Shown here piece after piece: positions 16,944 through 17,223 of a DNA stretch of 17,223 nt (position 1 is the first letter of the stretch; each line of letters begins with the position of its first letter). Below the pieces are notes generated by a model. The model saw nothing but the letters and a program-made list of their open reading frames with translations. It was not told the origin of the DNA and searched no databases. The stretch covers positions 1 through 17,223 of the forward strand of contig PSLI01000039.1 of NCBI GenBank assembly GCA_040289515.1. Reading direction: 5' to 3'. The position numbers and the translations under genes are program-made. Origin of the DNA: Candidatus Sysuimicrobiota bacterium (GTDB taxonomy: Bacteria; Sysuimicrobiota; Sysuimicrobiia; Sysuimicrobiales; Sysuimicrobiaceae).

Positions 16944-17223
16944 CGCTCGGCTTCCATTCCCAGGCTGCGCCCGAGCTGCACCGTGCCCCCGTGGGCGAAC
17001 GCGCCCGCGGCGTCCGTAGGGCCGTCCGCACCGTCCGTGGCAAAGCCGGCCACGAGGACCCCACTCAGGTTTTCCAGGCCGACAGCCGCGGCCAGCGCCA
17101 GCTCCTGGTTTCTTCCGCCCCGCCCGGGTCCCCGGATGGTGACCGTAGTCTCCCCCCCGAAGATCAGGCACGCTGGCTTGCGCACCGGGCGGTCCTGCAG
17201 CACCTCCTCGCGCGCCAGCGCCA
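16832..17223 (-). CDS. Glycerate kinase type 2 (MOFRL family), C-terminal part; 5' end outside the window
   Basis: GGETTV...G.GGRNQELAL, TDG.DGPTDAAG, NDSY.FF and TGPTGTNVNDL motifs. Confidence 0.93.
   Translation of the reverse strand, partial: ALAREEVLQDRPVRKPACLIFGGETTVTIRGPGRGGRNQELALAAAVGLENLSGVLVAGFATDGADGPTDAAGAFAHGGTVQLGRSLGMEAERYLAANDSYAFFQAAGGLVRTGPTGTNVNDLVLVLAR

Noticed and set aside
1..17223. Numerous long Pro/Arg/Gly/Ala-rich overlapping ORFs; CRISPR arrays, IS elements, phage or defence genes
   Set aside because: The ORFs are shadow frames of GC-rich genes. No repeat-spacer array, transposase, integrase or nuclease motifs were seen.

Overview
GC-rich (~70% by eye) bacterial chromosomal window with five blocks. 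(1) 24-3504 (+): coproporphyrin-dependent haem operon (chdC, a PNPOx-like protein, a CopD/HemJ-like membrane protein, hemE, ferrochelatase). (2) 3628-10866: a malyl-CoA lyase/CitE-family gene convergent with aceB-glcD-glcE-glcF (-), plus a divergent iclR. (3) 11070-11724: a TRAP transporter remnant in which the dctP 5' end joins the dctM 3' end out of frame. (4) 11743-14316 (-): glgA and a GalT-like gene. (5) 14651-16943 (+): a 28-aa peptide gene with a strong RBS, a multi-TM HD-GYP c-di-GMP phosphodiesterase behind a consensus sigma54 promoter, and a DUF5317-like membrane protein. A partial MOFRL glycerate kinase follows on the - strand. Block 5 is the best candidate for an undescribed system: peptide precursor + membrane receptor + putative processing enzyme, Agr-like in logic but with c-di-GMP output. 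All family assignments come from motif recognition by eye; no searches were run.
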